A stretch of 64,000 nt of DNA from Oceanispirochaeta sp. (lineage in GTDB: Bacteria; Spirochaetota; Spirochaetia; DSM-2461), in contig CAXXXD010000002.1 of NCBI GenBank assembly GCA_963663385.2, positions 544,001-608,000 on the forward strand, given 5' to 3'. Each line of letters starts with the position of its first letter. Position 1 is the first letter of the stretch. The notes beneath the pieces were generated by a model. It ran no database searches, was not told where the DNA came from, and saw only the letters and a list, made by a program, of their open reading frames with translations. Positions 61,364 to 64,000 of the stretch are shown here, one piece after another. The position numbers and the translations under genes are program-made.

Positions 61364-61753
61364 ACTCAACTCCTTTTTGAAAGACCTTTTTATGTTTCGA
61401 ATTAGATTTTAATAATTGAAACTATAATTCATGATACATCACTTTTGTGGCTTGTCAACAGAAAAAAGCTGTTCCCCAATGTGACCCCCACATTCTGATT
61501 TGAGGGCATCAATACCGGTATCTGAATTGAAAATATTTTATAAAACATTTATATGTAAAGAAATAATATATGTAAGGCTGTTTTGTCTATTACAGGAGGA
61601 AAACCTGATCGGCAAATATTGTAAAGTTAATTCATTAAAGATAAAATTATGAAAAAGTTTCTGGAATAGAAATATAATGACTGTTTTTTCATATAATACA
61701 TATTTCAATAATTTTAATTATTAAAATGAACGTTTTGATAATTGGAATATTGA

Positions 61754-61921
61754 GACAGAGCTGGAATGGCAGGAAAATCCTATATGACCTGCACCGGCTC
61801 CATAAGCGCCGTAACTTCCGCCGTGGAAGCGGGGATCAGGCATGCAGGAGAGTCCGGACCGGTAATGGCCAGCCGTATCATACCTGCGCCGGATGAGCAA
61901 TTCAAACGTTTACTTATTTAA
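61754..61921 (+). pseudogene. C-terminal fragment of a PduT-like bacterial microcompartment shell protein
   Basis: Manual translation DRAGMAGKSYMTCTGSISAVTSAVEAGIRHAGESGPVMASRIIPAPDEQFKRLLI*; GC-rich coding-like patch in an AT-rich spacer, with an in-frame stop just upstream. Confidence 0.72.
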
Positions 61922-62034
61922 CCGCCCCTTATTTCCTCTCAATCCTGAATAATACTGGAACATTATCTGAACTTTCCCGGATCTGCATTGTTTACGTTTA
62001 GCCCTCGGGATAGATTGTCTCATGAGGTCCGACT

Positions 62035-62274
62035 ATGGCTGACAAAATGCTGATTATCAATTGGGTTATGATTTTCCTTTCACTTTTTTCTGTTCTGATT
62101 GTAGTGGATACATTTCTGGAGGAGGATTCTCATCATAAGGAGTTGACTGATTCTCCCCTGGAAACCCCGGAATACCAGTTTCTGATAGATATGCTTTTCT
62201 CCGGGGAGCCTGTAGATGATGAAAATGATCTCTCGTCACTTCCCGAGACTCAGGAAAATTCCGCAGCTGATTAA
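62035..62274 (+). CDS. Small hypothetical membrane protein with an acidic tail
   Basis: GAGG RBS; N-terminal TM segment. Confidence 0.45.
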   Translation: MADKMLIINWVMIFLSLFSVLIVVDTFLEEDSHHKELTDSPLETPEYQFLIDMLFSGEPVDDENDLSSLPETQENSAAD

Positions 62275-62359
62275 TTTATGAAATTTACTCCTCCGTCCCT
62301 CTTGCCTCAATAATCCTATTCTTTTAGTATGCCTACCGGTAGGTATGTATGGAGGGAAT

Positions 62360-62965
62360 ATGGGGAAGGTAAAAACCGGACGTGATGAAATCTGCCGGAA
62401 GGCATTGGAACTGTTTCTGCATAAGGGGTACAGGGAAACCTCGCTTAATGATATAGCAGCCTCCCTTTCAGTTACCAAAGGGGCCCTGTACCATCACTTT
62501 TCGAATAAGCAGGAACTCTACTATCAATCCCTGAAGATCTTTTTTTCTGAAAATACTCCTGTAATCGACTATGGGGAGAAGGGGCTGCGGGAGCTGCTGC
62601 AGGACTTTTTCATGGGGATCTATTCCCGGCGGGAAGAGCTGCAGAAAATGGCCGGTTCGCATGATGATCACGCTATTATCCTGCTGTACTCCTTTCTTTA
62701 TGAAGCGACTCGGGAATTCCCGGAGTTTCAGACGGTTATGGACAGGGGGGATGAAGAGAGACTGAAGGCTCTGTCCCGTTTAATAACCCGCGCCGCAGAA
62801 CAGAGGGAGATCCGGCAGGATCTGGATCCGGAGCTGACGGCATTTGAAATCGAAGTTCTGATGCAGCAGCTTATCTACCTGAGTTTTGTTAACCCCCGCA
62901 TCAAAAAGGATCAGGATCACCTGAACCGTCTGTTTGAGAATTACTGGAAGAGATTTCTTCCATAA
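62360..62965 (+). CDS. TetR/AcrR-family regulator
   Basis: ALELFLHKGYRETSLNDIA...KGALYHHFSNKQEL; GGAGG RBS. Confidence 0.93.
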   Translation: MGKVKTGRDEICRKALELFLHKGYRETSLNDIAASLSVTKGALYHHFSNKQELYYQSLKIFFSENTPVIDYGEKGLRELLQDFFMGIYSRREELQKMAGSHDDHAIILLYSFLYEATREFPEFQTVMDRGDEERLKALSRLITRAAEQREIRQDLDPELTAFEIEVLMQQLIYLSFVNPRIKKDQDHLNRLFENYWKRFLP

Positions 62966-62998
62966 GGGCAAAAAACATATTTAAAACCGGAGGAATCC

Positions 62999-64000
62999 AT
63001 GATTCGGAAAAAATCCCTGCAGGAGCAGGTTATTTATCAGATTTATATCAGGAGCTTTAAAGACAGTGACGGCGACGGTATCGGAGATATCCCCGGAGTG
63101 ATAGAAAAACTGGATTATTTGAAGGATCTGGGGGTCGATATGCTCTGGCTCAGTCCCTTCTGTTCCTCTCCCAATGATGATATGGGATACGATATCTCCG
63201 ATTACCGGAACATTATGAAGGAGTTCGGCAGCATGGGGGATTTTGACAGACTCCTGGCGGAAGCCCATAGGCGGGATATGGGAATTATGATGGATCTGGT
63301 TCTCAATCATACATCCGACGAGCACCCCTGGTTTATGGAATCCCGGAAAGGGAAAGACAATCCCAAACGGGACTACTATATCTGGGCGGATGAACCGAAT
63401 AACTGGGACTCCTATTTCTGCCCCGATGCCTGGGAGTACGATCCGGTGTCCCGTCAGTATTATCTCCATATCTTCGGTGTCAAACAGCCGGATCTCAACT
63501 GGAGAAATCCCGGGCTTCGCCGGGAGATCTTCGATATGGTGGAGTGGTGGCTGAAGAAGGGGGTGGACGGTTTCCGCTTTGATGCCATCCACCTTATCGG
63601 TAAACCTGAAGGTTACCCGGATTATGTCTCTAACAGGGAGGATTCGGAAGAGTTCCTGCAATATCGGAACACCCGGCAGGGCCATGACTATCTTCGGGAG
63701 ATGCACAATACAGTACTCAGCCGTTACGGTAATCCTGTTACTGTTGGGGAAACCGGCGGAACGACACCGGATTCGGCCAGATTCTATGTTGATAAAAGCC
63801 AGAAGGAATTCGATATGATTTTTCACCTGGGATTTCTGGAGGAGAAGAGTACCGTGGAGAGTCAGGCCGCTTTTTTCAGGGAATTCTATTCCAGATGGTA
63901 TAAAAGCCTGTCCATAGACGGATGGGATGCCCTGTTCCTGGGGAATCATGATCTTCCCCGTTTTGTATCCGTTCTGGGGGATGAAGAGAAATACTGGAAG
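62999..64000 (+). CDS. GH13 alpha-glucosidase / oligo-1,6-glucosidase (3' end runs off the window)
   Basis: Not in the ORF track. Manual translation: YQIYIRSFKDSDGDGIGDI, DMGYDISDY, DLVLNHTSDEHPWF, QPDLNW, DGFRFDAI, GNHDLPR. Confidence 0.93.
   Translation, partial: MIRKKSLQEQVIYQIYIRSFKDSDGDGIGDIPGVIEKLDYLKDLGVDMLWLSPFCSSPNDDMGYDISDYRNIMKEFGSMGDFDRLLAEAHRRDMGIMMDLVLNHTSDEHPWFMESRKGKDNPKRDYYIWADEPNNWDSYFCPDAWEYDPVSRQYYLHIFGVKQPDLNWRNPGLRREIFDMVEWWLKKGVDGFRFDAIHLIGKPEGYPDYVSNREDSEEFLQYRNTRQGHDYLREMHNTVLSRYGNPVTVGETGGTTPDSARFYVDKSQKEFDMIFHLGFLEEKSTVESQAAFFREFYSRWYKSLSIDGWDALFLGNHDLPRFVSVLGDEEKYWK

Noticed and set aside
62981..63949. 322-aa minus-strand ORF
   Set aside because: Antisense to the clear GH13 gene on the plus strand

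Overview
Chromosomal metabolic region, most likely from a free-living spirochaete (Spirochaetaceae-like). This is inferred from solute-binding-protein signal peptides ending in ...VFAxGQxE and a spirochaete-type lipobox. In order, the window holds: a partial CoA-disulfide reductase; a LuxR/hydrolase module; a complete TonB receptor-ExbB-ExbD-ExbD-TonB operon; an AAA/DUF4143 ATPase plus a decayed paralog; a 1829-aa single-chain, eukaryote-style acyl-CoA carboxylase; a soluble mini-chemoreceptor; amtB-glnK with a sigma54-type promoter; a PP2C protein and a hybrid kinase; galE; a LacI/sugar-ABC operon with two FAD oxidoreductases; a peptide-ABC/M20/GntR/UroD-like/sugar-ABC/cysteine-desulfidase block; ZTP riboswitch-glyA; and a MazEF-type toxin-antitoxin pair. 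The last large block (about 49.2-61.9 kb) couples three more FAD-dependent oxidoreductase paralogs to a BCCT carrier, a TRAP transporter, IclR and glyoxylate carboligase, and ends in an unannotated PduT-like microcompartment shell gene fragment. That locus is the best candidate for an undescribed system: possibly oxidative cleavage of carboxymethylated solutes to glyoxylate, once linked to a microcompartment module. No rRNA, tRNA, CRISPR array or intact transposase was recognised. All family assignments come from motif reading, not database searches.
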